A stretch of DNA of 62,466 nt, counting the filler, from Rhabdomonas costata (taxonomy: Eukaryota): the NCBI GenBank assembly GCA_019059605.1. It is 38 parts of 38 records of this genome, joined end to end, with 100 filler letters (N's around TTAATTAATTAA, not from the genome) between each part and the next. Parts side by side here need not be neighbours in the genome. Positions count along the whole stretch, not along the records: positions 36,236 to 37,785 come from JAHMHO010013339.1; positions 37,886 to 39,430 come from JAHMHO010013340.1; positions 39,531 to 41,076 come from JAHMHO010013341.1; positions 41,177 to 42,722 come from JAHMHO010013342.1; positions 42,823 to 44,368 come from JAHMHO010013343.1; positions 44,469 to 46,013 come from JAHMHO010013344.1; positions 46,114 to 47,658 come from JAHMHO010013345.1; positions 47,759 to 49,303 come from JAHMHO010013346.1; 30 more parts are not named here. The stretch is one strand, 5' to 3'. A program made the position numbers and the translations under genes. Of the stretch, positions 37,606 through 49,403 are shown one piece after another. The notes below the pieces were generated by a model. That model was not told the DNA's origin. It ran no database searches and saw only the letters and a list, made by a program, of their open reading frames with translations. Position 1 is the first letter of the stretch. The number at the start of each line of letters is the position of its first letter.

Positions 37606-39530
37606 GTGAGCCGGTTTGGGTTCTCCACGGCACCGCTCGCTCCAACGGCACCTCTCGCGAGCACCCGTGGCCAATAGCGCGTTCGCCAGTCAGTCCACAA
37701 TGGTCACCAACAACCAAGCAATCAGCCAACCAGGCAACAGCCAGCGAGCAATGCGCCCAACACACACACACACACACAACACCACNNNNNNNNNNNNNNN
37801 NNNNNNNNNNNNNNNNNNNNNNNNNNNNNTTAATTAATTAANNNNNNNNNNNNNNNNNNNNNNNNNNNNNNNNNNNNNNNNNNNNCATCAGAGAAAGGCC
37901 AATGTATCTTCCCCACATGAAATAAAATTGTTATGAAACCGCCTTTGTAACTATTTTCCCTGCTGCGCGGCGCAGGGGCCCGATGGCTACACTGGACGGA
38001 GTGAACAGTGCCGTTTTGTTGCTGCACCTTCGAGCCGAATTTGTCGCAAACGTAAACGCACGCACGCACTGGTGTGGATGAAGGTGGATGGTCTCAGCTA
38101 TGGAAACATGCTTGCACCTTGTGCGTTGTGGGCAGTTACTGTCATGGAAAAGCGGTTTCAACAGGGTTAGAGATGAGCAACCGGGGAAGAAATTTGTCCA
38201 CCCCTCGTTGTTGACGCCGCAGGTTGCAAGCTCGATGCGTCCCCGGAAGGCTCTCAGGAACCTCTTCCAGGCTCTCGAGGCCGCAGATACGATGTCCGCA
38301 GCACCCCTTCCTCCGTATGTGCGTTGGAGTTCCCTTTATGCTTCATTACATTGCCCGCTGCGGATCAAAGTCATCGCGATTGAAAGGAATAAACAGGGGA
38401 TGCGTTGTGGCTTTGTAGGCAAATCCAGTTGACCCTGAGGGTGCCGCAATAAAAAGCAACCGAAAAAAGTTGCATAACCTCTTTTGTCTTTTATTGTTCT
38501 AGTTGATTTGTTGTTGCCCAATATATAGCAGGCTACACCGTAAGCTGAGAGATTTTGACCACGACACACCACAGGCCGTGAAGGACCACCGGCATAAATA
38601 TAGGCTAAAAGACCTCTGTTCGAAATGTCACATACTAAATTCTCAATTTCGGGGTGTTACTAGCCTTATAAGTATACGAGAAACGCAGCGATTGCAATGA
38701 TCAATCGTGAAAGACGAATGGGGAGAGGGGGAGGTGAAGATTCAAAGTTTTGGGCAGGTGAGTTATCAGGTTCGCCTGTGTAACTTTCAGTCTTTCCTGT
38801 CTTATCTGCAGCGGTGGAGAGCCCCGCTCCTTGCTGAGAACAGCGTAGATCCAGGATTGGTGCCCGAGCCACAGTGGTCTGGTGCCACCTCTGTGATTAG
38901 AAGCAGCACACCATTTCCGAGGCACTACGACGATCCGGAGAACTTCTAGGTGAGCCCTTTTTGTGCATTCAAGTGTCACCTGCTCCTCTCGCCCACTTTT
39001 CCGGGTTGTTTTCTGTTGCCTTTGCTTTGGGTTGATTCACACTGGCGCACACCCCCTTCATTTCCACTGCCTGCTGTCTGTATACTACCAAAGCAGAGAG
39101 GTTTTGTAAGCTGCCGACTAAGCAAGCTTTCCACTGAAACTCCAAGTATCAGCAGCTCCTCCACCTAGTTTTCTGGGATTGACAACTCATAAACCAAAAC
39201 TAAACGCAAAGCTTATGTTCAGCATCACATTTCGGCTGTTCCGTATTCTTTATTTGTCCCTCCATTCAATTGGTTGCATTTCTGCTTGATGCATCTTCGT
39301 GGTTCAGTTGGCTTGTGTTTTTTCCTTCAGTTTTAGTTGGGGCGAACCACAGAGGGAGTACAGTCCAACGCTGACACGGGTAGCGATCACAAGCCACCTT
39401 CCTCTAGAATCTTTTAAGGTACCCAACAACNNNNNNNNNNNNNNNNNNNNNNNNNNNNNNNNNNNNNNNNNNNNTTAATTAATTAANNNNNNNNNNNNNN
39501 NNNNNNNNNNNNNNNNNNNNNNNNNNNNNN

Positions 39531-39748
39531 GGTTTGGGGTGGACGGCCTGGAGGCGACGCGGCTTCTGAAGTCGGACCCCCGGTACACTGCTGTGCCTGT
39601 GGTGGGGATCACTGGGAACTGCGACGCGGAGGGCACTCGGGCGTGTGTGGAGGCCGGTATGTCGGGGGTGCTGGGCAAGCCGATCGACACTGCGGCAATG
39701 TTCCAGATGCTGCAGAGGCTGTTACTGTGTGCGCGAGCTTCTATATAG
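39531..39748 (+). CDS. C-terminal response-regulator receiver domain, probably of a hybrid histidine kinase
   Basis: DGLEATRLLK...VPVVGITG...CVEAGMSGVLGKP matches DG.EA...I...P.IA.TA....C..AGM...L.KP. Confidence 0.9.
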
Positions 39749-41492
39749 CCAGCAAGTGATAAAAACACACATAGTTCTTCAGGGAGCTGGCGCCTTTGCT
39801 GCTTTCGTTCGTTCGTATGACGTTTTCGTGAATTACTTACCAACTCAGTTGCCTTGTTTTTGCCATGCATGAACTTGATTTTTGAGACGAGTTTTTTTTG
39901 CTGCCCGCCCCCAACTTTCATAAAGGATATGACAGCTTGGGACGGTGCGTGTGTTTCTCGCCTCTTTTTGACATGCTTTTTGTTCTGCTTTGATCCTAGA
40001 AGTGTCTTTGTGGACTTCTGGACCGAAGGGGAATTTGGTGGGGCTGCAGAGCCATTTTTCCCAAGCACACTCATTTTAGAGCAACCTGACAATTTGCTGT
40101 GCTAACCCACTGCGTCAGTTCCTCGAGTACTTTACATTTGCTGCATCTCTTGCCAGCTTTTTTTTGCATCGGGGAAAGTTGGCGAGCGAGCGAGCGGCGA
40201 CGGTGTTCACTCACTCTGCCGTTTCTGTGCTTCGCCCGATCCGTTTGGTGTATGCATCTTCCGTGTCATTTGCACCTTCTTTCTGCATCGTTTACTTCTG
40301 ACTTGTTGCTCGGTTGTGGCAGAGGTTAAACCTTTCCCATCGGTAACCGTCGACGTCCCCAAACATCAGCGATTTTTAAGGCTCTCCAGGGGCATAAAAG
40401 GCTGACGATCCAAGAGTTCCCATGGAGTTGAGCCCAAGGAAGGAAGAAGCGCAGTTTCTTCACTTCACAAACTGAAGATTCACGATACCTGGATGCAGGA
40501 TGATGTACCCCGGGTATGTACATCGTGAAAAAGGAGTGACGCATCTAATCTTCAACTCCACTTTGCTCACTCGCACTCCTCCATTCTCCTTGCATACATG
40601 TGTGCCTCGAAACCCGAGAGGCTATCCACCCACGGTGAAAAGCGGACCGCTGTGTGGGTGGAGAGAACAAGAAAGGGGGTGCACGCAGATTTCTGCTCGG
40701 CTGTCACCGGATTTTCCACCCACCACAATGAAAGGAGAAGGAACGGAAAAAAGGGGAGGGCCTCCAGAAGGAGAAGTGGCACACAAATATCAAGGGTTGG
40801 CAGCACACAGCTCACCCTCCTTTCGGTGGCTCGCCGCTCTCCATACCCTTGTTGTTTGCAGTGCATTCTTGTTTTCTTTTGTTTTTCGTGCTTTTTCAGT
40901 TGAAGTGGTCATGCCCGTAGTTTAGTACACAGACATGAGCGATGGCACTACTCTGGACTTGCCCGCGCTTGTGGGGTCTGGGCAGGGTGTCTTCCCTCTT
41001 TCCATTTCTGTTGCTTCCGTCAATCGCGCAAATGAGCTGGTATCCAACCGCTCTCCACCGGTTGTCACCCCCCACCNNNNNNNNNNNNNNNNNNNNNNNN
41101 NNNNNNNNNNNNNNNNNNNNTTAATTAATTAANNNNNNNNNNNNNNNNNNNNNNNNNNNNNNNNNNNNNNNNNNNNGGTTTGTTGTATGAAGTGCGTGTG
41201 TGAATTTTCGAGAGAGAAATTGTTGTTGTAGACGTTGTGGGGTTGCGGGTCCAGCAAGAATCGGCACACAAAAGGAAGCAACAGAGAGCTTACCACTATG
41301 AGCAGCTGCTCTGAAAGTTTGAGAACGTTAACTGCATCTTTGTAGCCCATCGCGCGAAACTCACCAGGATATAGGGATAAGGTGAAAGCTCCCACGAGCA
41401 TCGGGCTCACCGAAACTGTTTGTGAATTGGTGTGTTTGTTGGTGTTTGGGGGTTGACCATGCGCGCAACAAGTCCATCAAAGGAGCGAAGAC

Positions 41493-42240
41493 CTGTCCTG
41501 CACAATCACTTTGATCGGAGCAGCCGGAAGCGGAATGAAGGGGTTCAGCTGGGCAAGGCTGTGATCATTCCAAAGAGTGATGCTGCCGTTGAAAATCCTC
41601 ACAACTGCCTCTTGGCTGAGCACCAGGTTGCAGCCATCCGGGGCCTCAGGAAGGCTATATGCCACTGCCACCGCAGAGGCCACCACAGGGACCACCACCA
41701 GGTCGTGGGCCTGCAGCATGCTCTGCGGCAGGACCTCGTCAGTGACGGCAAAGTCGAGAGTACCATTGATCAGCGCCTTCACGCCGGCCGCGGCTCCCAT
41801 CTATGGAGGAAAACGGCGAAGACAACACAGCAGTTTCAGGAAGTGTCATCGGCGAAGGCACCAAGTGCCTTGCGCGGCGACCCAACAAGACGCAGCTTCA
41901 ACCTGTGGCAAGGGATGCTGTGTTCGGCAAGGAATTGGCCTGGTCCCGGATAATTCGGAAAGCAACAATAACGGACATGAAAGGCATGCCCGCACAAACC
42001 GATTCAAAGATGAGTTGTAGATTGGGTCTGAACTTCATGAAGCCCTCAATGATACCCCCGAACAAGGGGGCCATCGTCAGTGAGCCCCCGCCGCCCAGCA
42101 CAACGGCCTGGGGCCTCAGCAGATGGCCCTCACACCGCAGTCCGGCCAGGGCGTTGAGCACCAGCTGAGAGACCTTGTTGGGCACGGGCACGAACCCCTC
42201 GACAAGCTCCGCGGCATCCATGTGCTCATCCAGAAGAATC
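41493..42240 (-). CDS. PstS-like (PBP2) solute-binding sensor domain; exons 42000-42240 and 41493-41800
   Basis: GGGGSLTMAPL...ES/MGAAAG....GTLDFAVTD...PVVASAVAVAYSLP...LVLSQEAVVRIFNGSITLWNDHSLAQLNP..LP..PI is the PstS fold signature; upstream GFVPVP resembles the end of a preceding PstS repeat. Confidence 0.88.
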
Positions 42241-42871
42241 CTTGAAAACAGAGGAAGCAGGGCGAAGCTTGACGAGCTTGTTTCCAGAGTCAATCGTGAC
42301 CACCCCGATCTTTTTCTTTTTTTCTTTTGCAATCTGCACATCACAATCAAGGCCAATGAAAGCACAGCGTCAAAGGTCAAAGGTTTTTGTGTAACTGTCT
42401 ATTTTTCTGCAAGAAGGCATGACGCTGACACTGCACTGACACTCTGGGCCTCCCGAGAACATTGTTGGTCTGTTTCTGCGGTTCAAGTTGCGATATTCCC
42501 CTTCGGACTCCGGCCGCGGAACTTTTTAGGTGCGGCCTTTTTTACCCCTTACCCAGCAGGACCTGCCTAAAAACACGGCACCTCTCCTACACACTGCAAA
42601 GATGAAAGCAAAAATAATACGATGCAACGACCCGAAGCGTGCTGGTGTATTCAAACGAAAAAGCCCGATAACAATAATGGGAATCGGAAAGTAAAGGCGA
42701 TCGAGCGAGGGTCTGTGGTCTTNNNNNNNNNNNNNNNNNNNNNNNNNNNNNNNNNNNNNNNNNNNNTTAATTAATTAANNNNNNNNNNNNNNNNNNNNNN
42801 NNNNNNNNNNNNNNNNNNNNNNACAACAGAGGATAGTCACAGAGGTACCTACGTGGGGGGGGGGGGTGCAG

Positions 42872-43990
42872 GCCCCGCCGCGGCGGACCAAGTGGAGGAG
42901 ATCTTGAGGTTCTTTTTCGAGACGCCGTCCAAGCCCGCTCTCTCCGCCGCGGTGCAGGAGTGGGCCAAGAGCCTGCTGAAGGATGCGCGCGCGGTGTTTC
43001 CGAAGACCCAGAGCATCGCTGCGGTGCGTACCCCTGCAATCCCCCCACACTGACTCAATCTTACCGATCCGAGTTGTGCGACCCTTTTTGCTTTGCCATT
43101 TCTTTTTTCATTTCGTCAACACACTTCGTGGATGTGTACGTGTCGCATCACAAACCTCGGAAACCTCACGACCTGCACTTTTCTCACGAACACAACTGAC
43201 ATCTTTCATTTTAGTTTAGCTTGATGTCTTGAAAGGTTCACGGTAATCATCGGCAAAGGTTTGCAAGCTCGTACAGGTTGTGTCCTGGGATTTTGCAGGA
43301 GCAAACCGACGTCTTTGCGACCGCCATTGAGGAAGAGGCCAACAGCTGCTTCGGGCGCGTCTACACGGGGCAAATGACGGTGGACCAGCTCATCGAGCTA
43401 CTTCAGCGCTACAAGGCCAGCGCGGACCAGAAGGAGGTGCTGCCTGGGACGGTTTTGTTGCGGCAAAAAGGGCCATTGAACGAATGAAGGAATGAAGGTG
43501 CTTTATTAAGGGAACTTCAAATAGGAAAGTTGGATGTTTGTGGTTGGCGCTGGGCGCGCCGTGAAGGATGCACCTTCCCTCCTGGAATGCTGCCTAATGC
43601 CACTACGGGCGGAATTTCTTTTGCGTGGCAGCTCCAAAACCGAAAACCTTTCCAAAGAATGCCCACGGTAGTCTTGATGCGTTTCCCCTGACGCTCCAAA
43701 CAATGGGTAGCTATTGAGATTGGAGTGCTCCTCAGTGATGCAGAGGCATAGCTGTTGCATGAGGACGTGATGTGACAATAGGTCGTGATGTGGGTCGCGC
43801 AGGCTCACCTGCTCTGGCCTCCTGCTTCTGCTCAGGTTGACATTTACCAGTGCATGATCCACAATCTCTTTGATGAGTACCGCTTCTTCCCGAAGTATCC
43901 CGAGAAGGAGCTACAAACCACCGCACGGATCTTTGGAGAGATCATTGCCCACAATGTTCTCAGCAACATCCGGCTGGGCATCGCCTTGAG
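42872..43990 (+). CDS. NOT1: CCR4-NOT scaffold subunit 1 fragment; exons 42872-43023, 43299-43436, 43836-43990
   Basis: IEEEANSCFGRVY and CMIHNLFDEYRFFPKYPEKELQTTARIFG...LGIALR match the conserved CNOT1 TTP-binding region; in-frame GT-AG joins. Confidence 0.95.
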
Positions 43991-45076
43991 GCCCGTCCTC
44001 TCCCTCTGTTTCCTCTTTTTCACTACCCCACCACCACCACCACGTTAACCGCAACCCCTTTCACCCATTCACCCATCATCCTGTACCTCGCACAGCCTCA
44101 GAGCCTGTAGAGCCCGAGCAATCCTCCAATTTCAGAAGTGCTGGGTCCAACGAAAACTTTTTAGCCCCACAGTAAGATCCCCGACGAAGAGCATCTCAGG
44201 CAGGCGGAGAAGGTGCCTTGCTGATGATGACCCAACCACTCCACCGGAGTGAAAACGCCAGAAACGCCAGTAACCCATGAGATCAGTCAGCTACTCCGCT
44301 CAAAGTTCTCCTTTCCGCAACACACGCTCTTATACTCCCTGCCTCGCTGTCTCCCTCCACAAACAAACNNNNNNNNNNNNNNNNNNNNNNNNNNNNNNNN
44401 NNNNNNNNNNNNTTAATTAATTAANNNNNNNNNNNNNNNNNNNNNNNNNNNNNNNNNNNNNNNNNNNNACGGAAGCCTGCCGGCGCTACATGGAAGTTTT
44501 CTCAAAGTATGGACTTGGTTACATGAGAGCTTAGGCGTCCTCTCTGTTTCAAATCCTTCATCGCTATTTGGTTTGTGTGTGTTGTTGTTGTTTTCGTTCG
44601 TTTCGTTCGTTGTCAGCCCTTTTCTTGGCTATGATTCCGTCGGAGTATCGCTGAGGACGGAAAGAAGTGCAATTATCACTTCGTGCACTCTTTGTGGTTG
44701 CCTGCAAACACCCCTAACTGTTTTTAGGTAATGCATTTACAGTTGCCACTACTTCCGAGCATTTGAGACGCGATAGCATGAGGAACCGTCATCATTTTAG
44801 AGCTTACCCTGGATTGAGTTGGTTTGGTTTTTTTCTCGTTTGCAAGGCCACCCGGAAGCAGCTTTATCTGGTGCATCGCGATTATTATCCATCTTGGGAA
44901 ACCTTGTGGCTGTATAGAAACTTTCGCTGCCGCCTACTTTTGCCACAACTTTTATCCGAAAACTTTTATCTCATTGAGGATACCGCCCCGGGTGTTGCTC
45001 GAGGACTGCCGACTTCTTGTGTGTGTGTGCGTGCGTGTGTGTGTGTGTGTGTATTCTTGGCTTTTATCTGGTACAG

Positions 45077-45868
45077 GTATGCCGACACGGACGGAGGAGT
45101 GCTGATCTCCCCCAGCCAGTGGGATGAAGTTGGGATGGTGATGATCAAGCCCGACATGCTGGTAGGCGAGGGACGGGGCGGATGATCGGGTGGCGGTGAA
45201 ATTTTGAGATGGGCCGTCTTCTCCTCATTTTGCGGGTGTCTAAACAGTCCATTTTTATGGAGGACAAATTGGTGCAAGCCCCCACCCCGTTCACCAGAGT
45301 GTGGTTTCCGCCAGACTCACAAGCAGAGCGAAGTTGCGGGAATTTTTCGGATCTCAAGAAAAGGGAACACACAAAACCTGTTGACGTTTGACAACGGAAC
45401 AGCAGAAGCAACGCGGTCTCTGTGGGGTCTTCAGGACAAGCCCAGCTCCAAGCCGGGGCACATCATGGATCTGTTCAGCTCCACGGGGCTCCGGCTGGTG
45501 GGCTCACGACTGCTGAGCATGAGCGTGAAGGAGGCGACGGAATTCTATGGGTGCGAGGCGCTGTGTTCCCCTACTTTTGAGCGCACCAGTTGAGTTTCTT
45601 TTGGGTTCTCAGTTTATGAAAATCCTGTTGTCTGCCTTTGAAAGACTAGGAAACACTTTCGGGTTACGGGTTACTGGCTTGCTATGCCGCACAGCTTTAG
45701 CTCGCAGTTGCCAACGCAAGGCGCACTGGAAGGGACTATGGAAAGCGCTTGTCTTTTTGTCGCAGAATACACCTTGTACACTCTGATTCTCTCGCAGGTT
45801 CCTGCAGCCGATTTTTTCGAAGAAGCTTGCGCCCAAGGTGGAGCAGATCCTGCGCCAGCGCCTCGACG
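45077..45868 (+). CDS. Nucleoside-diphosphate-kinase-family domain fragment; exons 45077-45161, 45435-45550, 45798-45868
   Basis: MVMIKPD ... GHIMDLFSSTGLRLVGSRLLSMSVKEATEFYG matches NDK IKPD..G.II....G........L....A..FY; in-frame joins. Confidence 0.8.
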
Positions 45869-46113
45869 GTTTTAGCCGGCTGCCTTTTCTTGTGCTGCCT
45901 TCTCATCTTTAGCTTTTCCACATGCCCCATGCCCTGACCCAGGTTCAACTTGTTCTTCACCTCTAAACGCTTGCTCCCAGTCCGCTCAGTGCGAGACAGA
46001 TGCCCACACCACCNNNNNNNNNNNNNNNNNNNNNNNNNNNNNNNNNNNNNNNNNNNNTTAATTAATTAANNNNNNNNNNNNNNNNNNNNNNNNNNNNNNN
46101 NNNNNNNNNNNNN

Positions 46114-46765
46114 GTTTTTTGGGCTTCGGTTTCCGTGCTGGGCATGACCTTAGTTTTGTCAGTTTTGGGGGTGGGCTCCCGGACTGTGCTAAGCGGCGTC
46201 TCTCCACTCTTGGCCTTGGCCTTCAGTGCAGCAGCCTCGGCCTTCATCCGAGCAGCTTCCGTCCTTGCCTCGATATCCAGCAGTGCGGCCTCGGCACTGA
46301 GAAGGTCTTTCTCCTCCGCCGTGGCCTCTGCTAGGCGCCGCGTCTCACCCTCCAGCATATCGGCGAACTTGGACGGCGTTTCTTCAAGACGGGCTGGAAG
46401 CCTTTCAGAAGGCTGGATAACTTCAGCATGGCTCGAGGCTGCACTTGACCGGCCAGGCTCGATGTGGGTGTCTGGACCCCCAACTTTGGTTTTGGCCTTG
46501 CCCTTGGCCTTCAGCGCCTCAGTTTCAGCCTTCATCTTTGCAGCTTCCGCTCTTGCATCGGCTTTCAGTCGCAGGGCCTCGGCCTTTTCAAGGTCCTTTT
46601 CTTCTGCCTCGGCCTGAGCAAGGAACCGGGCTTCGGCCTGCAGAACCGAAGTAACCTTCGATGGGATTTCTTTCAAAAGGACAGGGACACTCTCAGAAGG
46701 CTGAACAGCCTTCCCAGAGATGTCCTGGGGCTGGGCTGGAGCTCCGTTCGGATGGGCAAGCCCTC
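46114..46765 (-). CDS. Large exon with two diverged repeats (96-aa period), Ala/Glu/Lys-rich helical
   Basis: QPSE..P..L.E.PSK....L..E.R.LA.A.AEEKDL..AEA.....AR.EAA.MKAE..ALKAK occurs twice; CTCAG acceptor at 46766. Confidence 0.75.
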
Positions 46766-47306
46766 CTGAGGTGGAAAGCAAAGCAGTCGCAAACCGCCAT
46801 GTCTGTACGCACCTAGAATCTTTGAATTGGACGCAACTTGGGAATAACAAATGAAGGACTGAAAATCTTGTAGTTTTACACACAAGTAAGTCATCAGCAA
46901 TCGTTGGCAACGAATTCATACTCCTCCTTTCGGATGCGTGAAGCACGTGAATTGGGCCAAAAAGTATTCGCCCTGCTGCGTTAATTTGGGCTGTCCCCAA
47001 CCAATCCCATAACAATAACTCACCAACGTAACCGAAAACCAACATTTTGCCCCCTTCAAAACCACAACGCGATGACACAGCGGCTCATGGAGCCCTCTAA
47101 TGCGGATAGAAGGGGCAAACGACCAAACGTGGCTGCTTCTCGCCACCCAACGGTACCCACCGCTCACTAAAGCCAAAACCGGCTTATAAAAATTCGCCAA
47201 ATGACTGCCTTCACGTACCCTTTTGGACGCCTTTGTCACCGCTCAAAGCCCATACTTAGAACTTAGAAACGGCCAAACGTAAAAAGAAAAGCTTCACAGT
47301 AGTTAC

Positions 47307-47501
47307 CGGCGATTGCTCAACCCACTTCCCGAAGAAGAACCCTCCGTCCCACAGTCGCTGGCCAGTGTTCTGGGTCAAGGTGACCTCCGCACCCAAGTCC
47401 TGGCGTACCACTACCAGCTCTCCGAAAAAGACGAAGCTCCGCTCGGGCTGCTCGCGGGGGTTGGCATAGGGATTGGTCAGTTTCCACACCACCAAAGCCA
47501 T
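47307..47501 (-). CDS. First exon of a METTL21/Methyltransf_16-type lysine methyltransferase
   Basis: ELVVVRQD...TGQRLWDGGFFFGKWV matches the N-terminal G..(V/L)WD...L..(Y/W) motif; ATG start and GTAACT donor. Confidence 0.7.
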
Positions 47502-47758
47502 AATATTGTAACAAGGAAGGAGTCACCCTTCAACAACGGGAGCGTGCCAACGCACAAGCTGGGGAAGAAAGGTCAACGCGATGCCTTAACTCATCCTTTG
47601 TCTCCCACACACCATGAAGCCAGCGGTATGGTTGGATCCCAGATTTGCACAACCCCCCNNNNNNNNNNNNNNNNNNNNNNNNNNNNNNNNNNNNNNNNNN
47701 NNTTAATTAATTAANNNNNNNNNNNNNNNNNNNNNNNNNNNNNNNNNNNNNNNNNNNN

Positions 47759-49113
47759 GGAGGGTCGCACTGCTCGCCAAGCTTGGGCTCCACGACGCCG
47801 TTGCCGCAGAAGCCTGCCCCCACCATAGCAGTACGCATTGAGGTTGCGAGCAGGGGAAGTTCACCACAAGGACGAAAAAAGAACAGCTTTTAACAGGTCA
47901 CGACAACCTTTCAGGAAGGAGAAAAATGTCGTCCGGTTTCTGTTGCGAAGAAGTTGGAGGTAGAAGAGGGCAGGATGAGACGGGAAGTTCGGTGCAGGCA
48001 CAGTCACTGACGTCAATTCACAACCCAGACGAAGGCGGCCAACCCTCAAGAACTACTATGCTCCGATTTGGCTCTAATTCAATGCAATGTGATGTGTGGC
48101 AAACCTTCTCCAAGGCAGATCCCGTTGACGCAGGCGTCGTTGATGGTGAGCGCGCTCGTGTCGTCGCACGTGGTGCCCAGGGGGAGGTAGACGTTCACGG
48201 GGCAAGTCCGGTTCACCCCGTCGCAAACCTCCGCGGGGTCGCACCCGAACCCACTCATCGCGCGGCAGACCGTGCCCGAGGGCTTGCGCGGGTCTGGGCA
48301 TGCCGCCGTGGTGCCAGTGCAGACACCAGGCAGGTCGCAGTCCCCATCCTGGGCCTTGCACTGCAAGCCCGATGCCACGAAAGTGTCCCTGGGGCAGTCC
48401 CGGTGGGCACCATCGCAGGTCTCCGGAAGGTCTGCGAGGCAAAGAAGAAGAAACGCAACGGTTTGCTTGACGCTCTGTTTCTGCCCTTCATTTGGGTGCC
48501 TTTTGCGCGCTTCCCGTTCCCTGTCTCATTCCTTCCTAAATCTCATTCATTGATACTTCAGCACTGTATCCTGGGTTGCTGCTGTGATCTTTCTTCCCAA
48601 CGGAAGAAAGGCCGAGTTACAAAGAAATTTGGAAACTTCAGCAGGAACTTCAGCACTTCCGAGCCATTTTACAAAACGTGGATTCGTCAATCATTCGTCA
48701 ACAATTGGCGGAGTCGGTATACGCAGATGCGTGTAAACTGTGAGCCGGCTCACCCACTCACACAAAAGTTAACTGTGCTACGGGACTGTACACCTCAAAC
48801 CCGCCATTCGATCGAAGCCGAGCAGAGACGCGTAAATAGGTGAGCAACACAGCCAACACTTCCACAAACACATGCGCAGGGGACACACCACACGGGCCGG
48901 CTGCAGGGCGGCAGAGCTGGCCTGCCGGCACCAACGGGTTGGCCGGGCAGGTGTTGTTCTCGCCATCGCACACGGAGGTCAGCTCGCAGCTGTGGTTGGC
49001 GCTGGCACAGAACTGGCCCTGGGGCGCCTTCACGTCGGCTGGGCACTCGCTGGTGTACCCGTCGCACACCTCAGGGACGTCGCACGGGCCCGCGGCGGCG
49101 CGGCACACAGAAC
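47759..49113 (-). CDS. Disintegrin-like Cys-rich repeat extracellular protein; exons 48889-49113, 48105-48431, 47813 to contig end
   Basis: Repeated CR.AAGPCD.PE.CDG....CP.D units, then CDD.....ND.C.NG.C.G and CGNGVVE...GEQCD; all phase-1 GT-AG joins. Confidence 0.92.
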
Positions 49114-49403
49114 CTGTAGCAAAGGAACACCAGGCACAGTAATAGCTCACTCACAAGTTTTGAAAAAGACTCAAACGTACGGCCGGAGAGGAAAAAGAGC
49201 ACTTCATAAGGCCGCAAAGGTGCAAGCAAAGCAGACAACACGTAGCTACGTAGCTGCAAACACATCGGGAAACACATGGCACTCTGCTCCTCACCCCCAA
49301 CCCNNNNNNNNNNNNNNNNNNNNNNNNNNNNNNNNNNNNNNNNNNNNTTAATTAATTAANNNNNNNNNNNNNNNNNNNNNNNNNNNNNNNNNNNNNNNNN
49401 NNN

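Noticed and set aside
47926-48843. 305-aa plus-strand ORF
   Set aside because: Antisense shadow of the Cys-rich gene.
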